From NCBI GenBank assembly GCA_947166345.1, contig CAMVDU010000001.1:11260-75259 (forward strand): a DNA stretch of 64,000 nt. Direction: 5' to 3'. The position numbers and the translations under genes were made by a program. Position 1 is the stretch's first letter. The number at the start of each line of letters is the position of its first letter. This DNA is from an uncultured Prevotellaceae bacterium (GTDB lineage Bacteria; Bacteroidota; Bacteroidia; Bacteroidales; Bacteroidaceae). The notes under the pieces are model-generated. The model was given only the letters and a program-made list of their open reading frames with translations, was not told where the DNA came from and ran no database searches. This document shows, piece after piece, positions 27,498-36,893 of the stretch.

Positions 27498-29228
27498 ATG
27501 AAGAGAACCGTTTTGTCCCTCACCTTGCTTGCAGCCATTTCGGTCATGCCGATGGCAGCACAGGAAGGTCCCACCATGGGCTGGAGCTCGTGGAACACTT
27601 TTGGCGTGAACATCAGCGAGAACATTATCAAACAGACAGCCGACGCTATGGTGTCGAAAGGATTACTCGACGCAGGCTATGACCATGTAAACATCGATGA
27701 CGGCTACTTTGGCGGACGCGATGCCGAGACGGGACAGCTGAAGATTCATCCCACCCGTTTCCCCAACGGCATGCAGCCTGTGGTTGACCATATCCACTCC
27801 CTGGGACTGAAGGCCGGCATCTATAGCGACGGTGGCCACAATACCTGCGGCAGCAAGTTCAACGGCGACACCATCGGTAGGGGCGTGGGACTCTATGGCC
27901 ACGACCAGCAGGACTGCGACCTCTTCTTTAAGGAACTGGGTTTCGACTTCATCAAGGTCGATTTCTGCGGTGGCTCCTACTATCATAACGATGATCACCT
28001 GGTGCTCAACGAGAAGGAACGCTATACCGCCATTGCGCAGGCCATCAAGAATACGGGTCGCACCGATGTGCGCATGAACATCTGCCGATGGGCCTATCCG
28101 GGCACCTGGGCTGACCAGGCCGGCTTCTCGTGGCGTACCACGGGCGACATCAACGCCAGCTGGGGTTCGGTGAAAGGCATCATTGCCGAGAACCTCTATA
28201 TGAGTGCCTACTGCAGCAAGGGTCATTACAACGATATGGATATGCTCGAGGTGGGACGTTCGCTCACTACCGAGGAAGACAAGACCCACTTCGGCATGTG
28301 GTGTATCATGAACTCACCCCTGCTCATCGGTTGTGACGTCAGCAGGATCAACGACACCGCCCTCAGCCTCCTGAAGAACAGGCACCTCATCGCGCTCAAC
28401 CAGGACACCCTCTACCAGCAGGCCTATCTCGCAGCCAAGAAAAACGACTGCTACCTCCTCGTCAAGGACCTTGACACCCTCTACGGCAAGAAGCGTGCCT
28501 TTGCCGTGTACAATCCCAACGACGTACAGAAGACTGTCGATGTCAGCTACAAGGACATCGACCTGGCAGGCACCGTGAAGCTCTTCAACGTGTTCACAGG
28601 CAGATACCTCAGCAAAGTGTATCCCGATGCCTACTCCTGTACCGTTCCTGCCCATGGCGTACGCATCTTCGTGGCTGAGGCCGAGCAACGACTGGAGCGC
28701 ACCCGCTACGAGGCTGAGACTGGCTACAGCAAAGCCTATTCTGAGATTACGGGCAATGTCTGCCAATACGAGGAGGCATCCTACTGCTCGGGCGGCTACA
28801 AGGCCGGCTGGCTCGGTGGCAGTAGCGACAACCACCTCGAGTGGCGCAACGTCCATAGTCAGGATGGTGGCAACTACAAGCTCACCATTGCCTACATCTG
28901 CGGAGAGTCGCGCTCCATCAGTATCTATGTCAACGGCAAGAAGGCGAAGACCCTCAGCTTCAACTCAGGCGGCTGGAGCACTGTGGCAACAAAGACCCTC
29001 GACATCACCCTCAATCCAGGCGACAACACCATCCGTCTGGTGAACACCAGCAGCTGGATGCCCGACATCGACTATATCGACGTCATTCCTGTGGAGCCCA
29101 CCGCCCTTCACGACGTGAAGGCCACCACGTCCCACGACCCCCACACCTACGACCTGCAGGGCCGCGTGGTCAACGGTCATCATGCCCACGGCATCGTCGT
29201 CAGCAATCATCGCAAAGTCATCAAGTAA
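27498..29228 (+). CDS. GH27 alpha-galactosidase family with CBM35-like module and T9SS-type tail
   Basis: PTMGWSSWN, NIDDGY, FIKVDFC, WRTTGDI, YNDMDML, YEAE; YDLQGR tail. Confidence 0.9.
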   Translation: MKRTVLSLTLLAAISVMPMAAQEGPTMGWSSWNTFGVNISENIIKQTADAMVSKGLLDAGYDHVNIDDGYFGGRDAETGQLKIHPTRFPNGMQPVVDHIHSLGLKAGIYSDGGHNTCGSKFNGDTIGRGVGLYGHDQQDCDLFFKELGFDFIKVDFCGGSYYHNDDHLVLNEKERYTAIAQAIKNTGRTDVRMNICRWAYPGTWADQAGFSWRTTGDINASWGSVKGIIAENLYMSAYCSKGHYNDMDMLEVGRSLTTEEDKTHFGMWCIMNSPLLIGCDVSRINDTALSLLKNRHLIALNQDTLYQQAYLAAKKNDCYLLVKDLDTLYGKKRAFAVYNPNDVQKTVDVSYKDIDLAGTVKLFNVFTGRYLSKVYPDAYSCTVPAHGVRIFVAEAEQRLERTRYEAETGYSKAYSEITGNVCQYEEASYCSGGYKAGWLGGSSDNHLEWRNVHSQDGGNYKLTIAYICGESRSISIYVNGKKAKTLSFNSGGWSTVATKTLDITLNPGDNTIRLVNTSSWMPDIDYIDVIPVEPTALHDVKATTSHDPHTYDLQGRVVNGHHAHGIVVSNHRKVIK

Positions 29229-29229
29229 G

Positions 29230-29296
29230 AATCAATGGGGACTGGAACAATGATACTACGCTTCAGCGTGGATCAGGGTTCCTGTCCCCAGTGATT
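29230..29296. repeat. REP-like inverted repeat at the island boundary
   Basis: aatcaatggggactggaac / gttcctgtccccagtgatt (19 bp, 2 mismatches). Confidence 0.75.
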
Positions 29297-29386
29297 TGGA
29301 TTCTTACGCGAGTTAATAGTGTCAGGCACCTGTACCTATGCGATCCAAAGAGAGTTGCACCACAATGCAACTCTCTTCTTTGATGA

Positions 29387-29575
29387 TTACAGATCTTCTT
29401 CCTCCTCTTCCCAAAGGTCTCGATGACGGCGCGAAGCGGGATCTTTATTTCCTTCCTCATCTACGCCACCATAACCGATACCCTTATCGCTCGATATGTC
29501 TTGTGAACCACAGACCATCATAGTCATCTTTATCTCTATCGCCTTGTAAGAAGGCTGCATATATACCTTTTTCAT
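29387..29575 (-). CDS. 62-aa peptide with MKKxYxxP N-terminus and acidic tail
   Basis: ATGA overlap with the upstream gene; MKKVYMQPSYKAIEIKMTMMVCGS...LWEEEEEDL. Confidence 0.7.
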   Translation of the reverse strand: MKKVYMQPSYKAIEIKMTMMVCGSQDISSDKGIGYGGVDEEGNKDPASRRHRDLWEEEEEDL

Positions 29576-30783
29576 TTTATGACCTCCTTTCTTCCATTTA
29601 TAATGTACAGGCCCTTTACAGGCTTCAGCACTTTGCGTCCCTGCAAGTCGTAAAAACACCCATTATCCAACTTATTCAACGTCTTGATGCCATTGACCTC
29701 TTCGTCACTGAAGTTAATGCTGATGCGTGTATTAGCAGCTTCCACCTCTGTCAGCACATCAAGTAGCACGAAGTAAGCACGGAACGCCTTCATTTTGGTA
29801 AGTCCCTTGGAATACCAAAACTTGTTACTACTCAAAAACAAAGCATATTCTTCTAACTTTGTTTGCGCATGATACGTACCATAGAAGCCACCATATACTA
29901 CCCTACGACGGCCCGTCAGGCCATTATCCACCTCTACCATAGCATCGTCCTCCAATGGTTCAATATTCACATTGTCAACAGTGAATTCCGTTATAGGTGA
30001 CGACACCTTTATAATATAAGGATGGTTAGCCTCTATCTCCGTTGCATCCTCAAATGAAATGCTTAAGCCCACCACATTATCGTCATCATCGTAGGTTGAC
30101 TCTGTATCATAGAAGTTTCCCAACTGTACATCATCACCAAACGTAGCTTTCACCTGTGCTTCCGTCATTGAGAACGGCAGGCAGATGGTACTCCACTCGT
30201 TGGCATTGATGGTGCGGATAACTTTAATATTGATATTGGTAGCAGCCTCTGGAATGGTGGTTGAAGCTTCATCAAGTATAGTTCGCGTTTCTGCTGGCAT
30301 ACCAATGTTAATAGAAAAGTTGATATTATCAAAGAAAGTTGTATGTATACCATCTTTGTTGCCAAACTGAATATTTTCTAAAGAAGCCTGAAAGCATGTT
30401 CCTACTTCATATTCCGAGGTTGCTTCAATAGGGATAGAGATTAGCAGTCCGCCTATGCCTGATATGGGAGAAGATTCCAACGACAATGCAACATAGTTGT
30501 CTAAACCCTCTGAATAGTTTGATGTAATGGTATAACTCTCATCATGACAAGTTCCTGCGGTAAACTGAGAGTTTCCTTTAGCATTCTTTACTGTTATTAC
30601 TTCGTTGGGTAATCGTAGTGAGAACTGCCAGCCACTATACTGGTCAGAAGCATCAAACTGATAATTGACAATAATTGTTCCTTGTCCTCCTTTAGGTATG
30701 ACAACACTCTCTACTGTTAGATTATCGGCATATATAGTGCCAACACCCATCAGTATCAATAAAGATAATAGTTTATTTCTCAT
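29572..30783 (-). CDS. Secreted protein: cohesin-like domain, beta-rich domain, T9SS-type C-terminal tail
   Basis: Signal peptide; WQFSLRLP and PISG.GGLLISIPI cohesin-like pattern; WSTICLPF and FRAYF; YDLQGRKV...GLYIINGRK. Confidence 0.75.
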   Translation of the reverse strand: MRNKLLSLLILMGVGTIYADNLTVESVVIPKGGQGTIIVNYQFDASDQYSGWQFSLRLPNEVITVKNAKGNSQFTAGTCHDESYTITSNYSEGLDNYVALSLESSPISGIGGLLISIPIEATSEYEVGTCFQASLENIQFGNKDGIHTTFFDNINFSINIGMPAETRTILDEASTTIPEAATNINIKVIRTINANEWSTICLPFSMTEAQVKATFGDDVQLGNFYDTESTYDDDDNVVGLSISFEDATEIEANHPYIIKVSSPITEFTVDNVNIEPLEDDAMVEVDNGLTGRRRVVYGGFYGTYHAQTKLEEYALFLSSNKFWYSKGLTKMKAFRAYFVLLDVLTEVEAANTRISINFSDEEVNGIKTLNKLDNGCFYDLQGRKVLKPVKGLYIINGRKEVIK

Positions 30784-30796
30784 TATTATTGGTGTT

Positions 30797-32662
30797 TTAG
30801 TTTAAAATCATATTGATAACAGCGATGGCATCAGTAACATTGACAATACCATCCTGATTAACGTCTGCAGCTCCCTCAATAAATACAGCAGGAGTGTTTT
30901 TTAACACATGGTTCACTATGCCGATAGCATCAGTAACGTTGATGATGCCGTCATTGTTTACGTCGCCTAACATATAGTCCTTCACAGTCAGTTCCGAAGA
31001 TGACTCAGCAGGGTTCAAAGTCTCATAGGTGTCAGTCGTCATATAAACATCTTCTATCATGATGTCGTAAGTACCCAACTCAACATCAGATGCAATGTTA
31101 AGACGTATATTCATGATTGATCCTTCAGTTCCCGTAATAGGATTACCGTCAAGAGAGAATAGTACGAAGAGATAGCTGTTTTCCTCGTCCGGGTCTTTCT
31201 TGCCCATGATTGTCATTCCCTCCGTTCGTTCGGTGGTAGAGGTAACTAACATATCATTCCTTTCAGCAACTGTAACCCCATTTGGCAAAGTTAGCTTAAA
31301 TTGAAGTCCTTCAACAGTTTCAGTATTCTTGAGATAAATGGGAAGATTTGCCTGTGAATTGAATCTTGCAGGAATATCTCCAGTAGATATAGGACTGCTT
31401 TCTACTATTTGAGAGAAATTGTTCCAAGGCTTCAATGCTTCATAGCGCTCTTTGGTTCCAGCTGGGACATAAAGAACAGCATCATTGGGTATGCCTTCGA
31501 AACTGTCCTCCGCAATATCTATTACAGCAGGATTACGCCATTCTACAAAAACAGATTTTAAAAAATCACAATTAGCAAAAGCTGCACTTCCTATTCTTGT
31601 TATAAAACCAGGAAGACATAAGGTTTCTATCTTTGTGCCATCAAAAACGGAATTTCTTATACTATTCAGTGAATATGTATTGTCTTTGTCTGATACATTA
31701 GATGGTATCACCAATGAAATTACCTCTGATTTTGAAGATATTAGGCCATCCACCAATGACACTAAAGAAACATTCATATTTTCGACATCAGAGATTTCAA
31801 ATTCCATCTGTTCTACCCCATTTCCCATTAAAAATGTGAAATAGAAACGTTCTCCAATTGTTGGAGAAATAACATTGATGTTTTGGAAAGAGGACCTCCA
31901 ATTTATAGAATTCTCATATGTCTTTTTCATACCATTAACAACATACAGAGTTGCATTAGTTGCTATACCTGAAAAACAATCGGAATAAGAAAGACCTGTA
32001 ATATCCGTCATATAAGAATATACTGTTTCCAATGATTTACAATTGCGGAAAGCTGCATTTCCAAAATTAATTTTGTTTGCCATAAAAGAAACAGTGTTAA
32101 GTGATATACACCCCTCAAACGAACTGTTACCCAATGAAACTGTATTTTCAGGCAAGACAAGCGACTTTAATTTTTCACACCCTTTAAATGCTCCTGCGCC
32201 TATTGAAGAAACATTATTTAAATTCAAATTATCCAAAGCAACACATCCTTCAAATGTTGAAGTATATATACTCTTAACTTGATTAGGAAAATTAATTGTA
32301 GTAAGTGATGTGCAGCCATAAAAAGCTCTTTCTCCTATTTTACTGATTGTTGAAGGCAAATTTATTGAAGTTAAGCTTGTAGAATTCTTAAAAGCATCAT
32401 TAGCAATACTCCCTACGGCATAATAATAACCATTTCTTATCACTTTTTCTGGAATTGACACATCTCCAGAACCATGTGAAACAATAAATCCATTGTCCAG
32501 TCCTACTTTAACAACTCCTTGTGCATATGAAGTAGAACTAAAGACTACAACGTCTTGTGTTATAGTATAACAAATACCATTGTAATAAAAACGATCTCCT
32601 ACAGCCCCCTTTATAAGAGATGGGATTAGGATGAATGTTAATAATATAATATACTTTTTCAT
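30797..32662 (-). CDS. BspA-type LRR protein with cohesin-like domain and C-terminal dockerin
   Basis: I...AF.GC..L LRR_5 repeats; GLQFKLTLP..GNPITGTEGSIMNI; GDVNNDGIINVTD...ADVNQDGIVNVTD. Confidence 0.85.
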   Translation of the reverse strand: MKKYIILLTFILIPSLIKGAVGDRFYYNGICYTITQDVVVFSSTSYAQGVVKVGLDNGFIVSHGSGDVSIPEKVIRNGYYYAVGSIANDAFKNSTSLTSINLPSTISKIGERAFYGCTSLTTINFPNQVKSIYTSTFEGCVALDNLNLNNVSSIGAGAFKGCEKLKSLVLPENTVSLGNSSFEGCISLNTVSFMANKINFGNAAFRNCKSLETVYSYMTDITGLSYSDCFSGIATNATLYVVNGMKKTYENSINWRSSFQNINVISPTIGERFYFTFLMGNGVEQMEFEISDVENMNVSLVSLVDGLISSKSEVISLVIPSNVSDKDNTYSLNSIRNSVFDGTKIETLCLPGFITRIGSAAFANCDFLKSVFVEWRNPAVIDIAEDSFEGIPNDAVLYVPAGTKERYEALKPWNNFSQIVESSPISTGDIPARFNSQANLPIYLKNTETVEGLQFKLTLPNGVTVAERNDMLVTSTTERTEGMTIMGKKDPDEENSYLFVLFSLDGNPITGTEGSIMNIRLNIASDVELGTYDIMIEDVYMTTDTYETLNPAESSSELTVKDYMLGDVNNDGIINVTDAIGIVNHVLKNTPAVFIEGAADVNQDGIVNVTDAIAVINMILN

Positions 32663-32663
32663 A

Positions 32664-35600
32664 TCACTCCTTGTTTAAGTATTTCGCAATAATTATAATA
32701 ATGTCTGTAATGTCGATTTTATTATCATTATTTACATCTGCCCAATAGTCATAAAAGTCTTGTGGAGTATCCTTTATAATGTGTTTTGCAGTTTTACATG
32801 CATCTTCTTCATTTATTCTTTTATCACCATTAACATCCCCATCCTGAATACTGGTATCTGCAAAAAAAACAGATAACGTCATGTTTTCTTCTGGCTCTTC
32901 AATAAAGAGCTTGCCATTTTCCTGTTGCGAAGTGACATTCTCATCATTCAGTTTAATCTTCTTTACTATATAACCTTCATTTGGTGTGAAGTTTACATAA
33001 AAAGACTTGTAAGGCGTGAAGAACACATCATCTGTTTTATCTGTTATGTTTGTATCATAGCAACTGACAGTACCGCCGCTATTCGCCTTTATCGACATGA
33101 TACCCGCTTCTTTCAAATTGGAAAATTCATCCCATCCAGCTTGATAATATTTCGTTGCTGTTCCAATAGGACAATACAAGAAACAATCTGACGGTTTTCC
33201 AGTGAAGACTTTTTGTATGGTTATTGGTTCATCCCAATGTACTACAACTCTTTGAAGACCTGAACAACCATCAAATGCGCCCGTCTTAACAGATGTAATG
33301 GAACTTGGTAAGTCGATTTTGGCCAGCGAAAAACAACCATAAAAGGCACCTGCGTTAATTTCATTAAGTGTTGACGGGAAATTGATTGTTTCCATCTTCG
33401 AGCATTCACTAAAGGCATTCTCTCCTATGACGGTAAGATTTGATGGCAGGGTTATAGAAGCAAGTTCGCGACAGTTGTTAAAGGCATTCTCTCCTATGGT
33501 CGTAAGCGTAGAAGGCAGTGAGATGGATGTCAAGATAGAACAGCCTTGGAATGCATTATTACCAATAGCCTTAATTCCTTTTGGGATTATAACAGAGGAA
33601 AGTGACTGACAATTTAGAAATAGATAATTTCTTATAATATCAACTGTTTGGGGAATATCAACATTATTCACTTCCTCTCCATTGATGTATAGTTTGGGGG
33701 AGTACTTCATCGGACCTCCATCGTTAAACGGTAGTTTGCACCAAGTAGCAATGTCTGACACATAGACTTCCAAAATGCTATTCGTAAAAATATTGCCAAT
33801 GGAATCTACATTACCTTCAATGGTTATTTTCTGCAAAGCAGTACCAAAAGCACCATCTTCAATTTTTTCTACACCTGCTTCAAGTACAACTTCTGATAAA
33901 CAGGAATTCAAAAATGCATCTGAGCCAATAGTCACACCTTCGCCTATATTAGTTTTTACAATTTGCGTTCCCTGAAAAGCATTTCTACCTACTGAAGAGT
34001 TAGGAGTGACATCCAGATTGCTAAGTCTGTAACAATTAGCAAAAGCATACTCGCCAAAATTAATCGCCCCCGTATATGTTATGCCATCTATTCCTGTATT
34101 GGAAAAAGCATTATTGCCTATAGTAGTGCAGGAGGTTGGAAGTTGAATGTTGCCTGTCAATCGTGGGCAGTTGGCAAACTCTTCATCATGTATTGTTGTG
34201 AGTGTCAACGGCAGTTTGATATTGACAAGTTTGGGAATACTTTGGAATAGACCTGCGGGAATCTCTTCTATTTGCATCTCGGTCAAATCAAGATAATAAA
34301 GATTATCCATGCCATTGATTACTGCAATGTCATCATTATTTATGATGCCTTTTAATTTCAGCTTGTAGACATCACGATTTTGGAGGTCTTGTGCTAACAG
34401 TCTGCTATATAATGTTCCTGCAGTTCTGACATTTATCGAAATAACATCGTCAGAAGTATCAATAATCAATGCACCTGGCCATCGTTGACGATATTCTTTT
34501 CCCTTACCTGTTTGAACAAAAATAGCCGCATCTGCAAAAGGATATGATCCAGAAGGTGGAGTTATGCCATTGCAATAAACATACTTTAATGAATTTCCTG
34601 CAAAAGCCCCATCCCCAATAAACTCAACAGATGCCGGTATATCTATTTCTTTTAATTCGTTGGACGCAAAAGCTCCTTCACCAATAAACTCAACAGATGC
34701 TGGTATATTTATTTCTTTTAATTCGTTGGATGCGAAAGCTCCACTCTCTATACGTGTCAGCCCATTGGGGATATTCACTTTCTCCAATATGTTATTGCCA
34801 AAAGCACCAGTTCCAATGCTTTCAACACTTTCAGGTATAGTAAGTTCCTTCTGGCTTAACACATAATACGAATTGGAACCCATGTTTGAGTTGAAAGCAT
34901 TTTCTCCAATAGCCTTAAGCTTTGATGGTAATGATACTACATTTAAAAACTTCATGTTTGAGAACATATAGTCTGCAATTTCTGTAACATTCGGCCCAAA
35001 AGTAATTTTCGCCATCCATCCGAACGTAGTAGAGTAACCTGAAAAAAAAGAATCAGCTCCATCGCAATTAAAAGGAAGACAATTTCCGGTACCGTCAGGA
35101 CTTTCTGGAAACACAATATTTCTTCCCATGTGAATCGTACTAAGACTGCAATCGGCAAACTGTCCACGATATTTCGGTCCTCCACCGTAAAAATCTGCAT
35201 CGTAATATAATTCACTAACTTTATAACTATATGAACATTCCAATTCATTCTCACTATCATCTATTATCAGTTTCGACAATTTGCGACACCAAGTAAATGC
35301 GTCTACTCCTATTTTCTTACAGTTTTTGGGGATATTTATCTCTTCAAGGTTTAAGCATTCACTAAATGCACTTCCGCCTATGGAATCGAGGCCCTCTGGT
35401 AGTTGAATCTTTTTTAGACCCATGTGACATAATTGGAAAGCACGTGGCGGTATGTATCTTACCTGACTTGGTATGTTTACAGATTCAAGTTTTACACATG
35501 AGTTAAATGCATCGGCACCTATAGTACGGATTGTTTCGGGCAAAGTAATAGAGTGTACTAAATTGGTTTTTCTAAAAGCATTTTGAGAAACGCCAACAAC

Positions 35601-36206
35601 TGTATATTCCTCCCCTAAATACGTGATTGTACTGGGTACAACAATATTTTCCCACCATTCATAAGTAGGATTTTTCCACCAATCATCTCCTATTGGAGGA
35701 AAAGATATAGCAGCTTCTTTTTCATCAACATTATTTCCCAAAATCGCTTCTTTGCTAAACTTGTCCAATGTAAACAACAAATGCAACTCAGGATCAGTAT
35801 AATAGATTGTCGCATCTTCCTCATAACCTTCATCGCCGATGTTCTCACCATCTTCAGTGACGTCAACAATCCAACTTTTAATTTTAGCAACACCTGGGAC
35901 ATAGCTTCCTACATTAGGGTCATAGTATGATTCCCAATAAGTACATTTTACGGTTGCAACACCTACTTTTCGGCCTATAACCGTGATCTTGGCTTCAGTA
36001 GTGCCAGGAGCTAATGCCACATTGTCGTTGGTTTCCTGCCATGCAGCTATTAAATCATTTAAGTTACAGTTGTAATCAACGCCCCGAGTCAGTGACAAAG
36101 TGATAGACTCTCCAACTCTGACACTTACCTCACCAACGGCAGCTGAAGTCGGGCTCAAATAGAATCCACCCAGGCACACAATTAACATTAACAATTTCCG
36201 TTTCAT
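32664..36206 (-). CDS. Large BspA-type LRR protein with C-terminal dockerin
   Basis: Signal peptide; many LRR_5 repeats; GDVNGDKRINEED...ADVNNDNKIDITD at the C-terminus. Confidence 0.88.
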   Translation of the reverse strand: MKRKLLMLIVCLGGFYLSPTSAAVGEVSVRVGESITLSLTRGVDYNCNLNDLIAAWQETNDNVALAPGTTEAKITVIGRKVGVATVKCTYWESYYDPNVGSYVPGVAKIKSWIVDVTEDGENIGDEGYEEDATIYYTDPELHLLFTLDKFSKEAILGNNVDEKEAAISFPPIGDDWWKNPTYEWWENIVVPSTITYLGEEYTVVGVSQNAFRKTNLVHSITLPETIRTIGADAFNSCVKLESVNIPSQVRYIPPRAFQLCHMGLKKIQLPEGLDSIGGSAFSECLNLEEINIPKNCKKIGVDAFTWCRKLSKLIIDDSENELECSYSYKVSELYYDADFYGGGPKYRGQFADCSLSTIHMGRNIVFPESPDGTGNCLPFNCDGADSFFSGYSTTFGWMAKITFGPNVTEIADYMFSNMKFLNVVSLPSKLKAIGENAFNSNMGSNSYYVLSQKELTIPESVESIGTGAFGNNILEKVNIPNGLTRIESGAFASNELKEINIPASVEFIGEGAFASNELKEIDIPASVEFIGDGAFAGNSLKYVYCNGITPPSGSYPFADAAIFVQTGKGKEYRQRWPGALIIDTSDDVISINVRTAGTLYSRLLAQDLQNRDVYKLKLKGIINNDDIAVINGMDNLYYLDLTEMQIEEIPAGLFQSIPKLVNIKLPLTLTTIHDEEFANCPRLTGNIQLPTSCTTIGNNAFSNTGIDGITYTGAINFGEYAFANCYRLSNLDVTPNSSVGRNAFQGTQIVKTNIGEGVTIGSDAFLNSCLSEVVLEAGVEKIEDGAFGTALQKITIEGNVDSIGNIFTNSILEVYVSDIATWCKLPFNDGGPMKYSPKLYINGEEVNNVDIPQTVDIIRNYLFLNCQSLSSVIIPKGIKAIGNNAFQGCSILTSISLPSTLTTIGENAFNNCRELASITLPSNLTVIGENAFSECSKMETINFPSTLNEINAGAFYGCFSLAKIDLPSSITSVKTGAFDGCSGLQRVVVHWDEPITIQKVFTGKPSDCFLYCPIGTATKYYQAGWDEFSNLKEAGIMSIKANSGGTVSCYDTNITDKTDDVFFTPYKSFYVNFTPNEGYIVKKIKLNDENVTSQQENGKLFIEEPEENMTLSVFFADTSIQDGDVNGDKRINEEDACKTAKHIIKDTPQDFYDYWADVNNDNKIDITDIIIIIAKYLNKE

Positions 36207-36242
36207 ACATTATTGCTTTTGTGATTTAACATCGCAAAAAGA

Positions 36243-36437
36243 GTGTGAGCCTACTTGACATTCTCTGTCGATAGGTTCTGGAATACCTGTAGTAATAAGA
36301 ATGAAATGACAGCTCACACCTGCTGGCATATATGTGAACTGTCCCCTATATAAATAAGGTACACGTATATATACGCAACAGGAAGAACAGCCTTCAAACT
36401 TGTCCCTTACTACAGTGAATTTTCCAGATTCATCGAC
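36243..36437 (-). ncRNA. Putative structured 5' leader RNA upstream of the LRR-dockerin operon
   Basis: Four perfect long-range complementary pairs (6-9 bp), one of which crosses the other three; lies between a -7 box and the ATG. Confidence 0.6.
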
Positions 36438-36493
36438 GGAACAAAGCTTTTAGCTTTCCTCTATGTTATCGCCCTTTTCTCTGAACGACGCGA

Positions 36494-36501
36494 CAAAGAT
36501 A
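36494..36501 (-). promoter_or_regulatory. -7 box for the LRR-dockerin operon
   Basis: TATCTTTG on the minus strand, about 290 nt upstream of ATG 36206. Confidence 0.65.
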
Positions 36502-36893
36502 AGAATTAATTATGAAAGTTCCAAACTTTTTCCTTTTTTTTTTACGATAGTAAGTGTTTCTTTTCTTCGCATCCACATCTTTAGCACCAGTTTTCCGAAA
36601 AAAAGAGCTAGGATAGTGATTATTCTGAACAAAACGAAATAAAACGGGAAAAATTAGATGCTTACAGAAAAAGATTTTAATCTTCACGGTTTGATATGGT
36701 ACGTTATTCACGCGCGCGTGAGAATTTTGTGAAATTTGCTACCACGCTACCACAGGCCACCTGAAATGCCCTGTATATAGGCAAATATGGTGCGGTGGTA
36801 GATACTGAAAATGTGGTAGCAATGCCACCACTTTGACATGTTTTGCGCAAAAAATTGGGTAGAAACGAGGATTTTTCATGTCTTGTGATCCAA

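Noticed and set aside
29572-36206. Classical cellulosome
   Set aside because: No dockerin-bearing glycoside hydrolase and no multi-cohesin scaffoldin in the window; the CAZymes here end in T9SS tails or have no such tail
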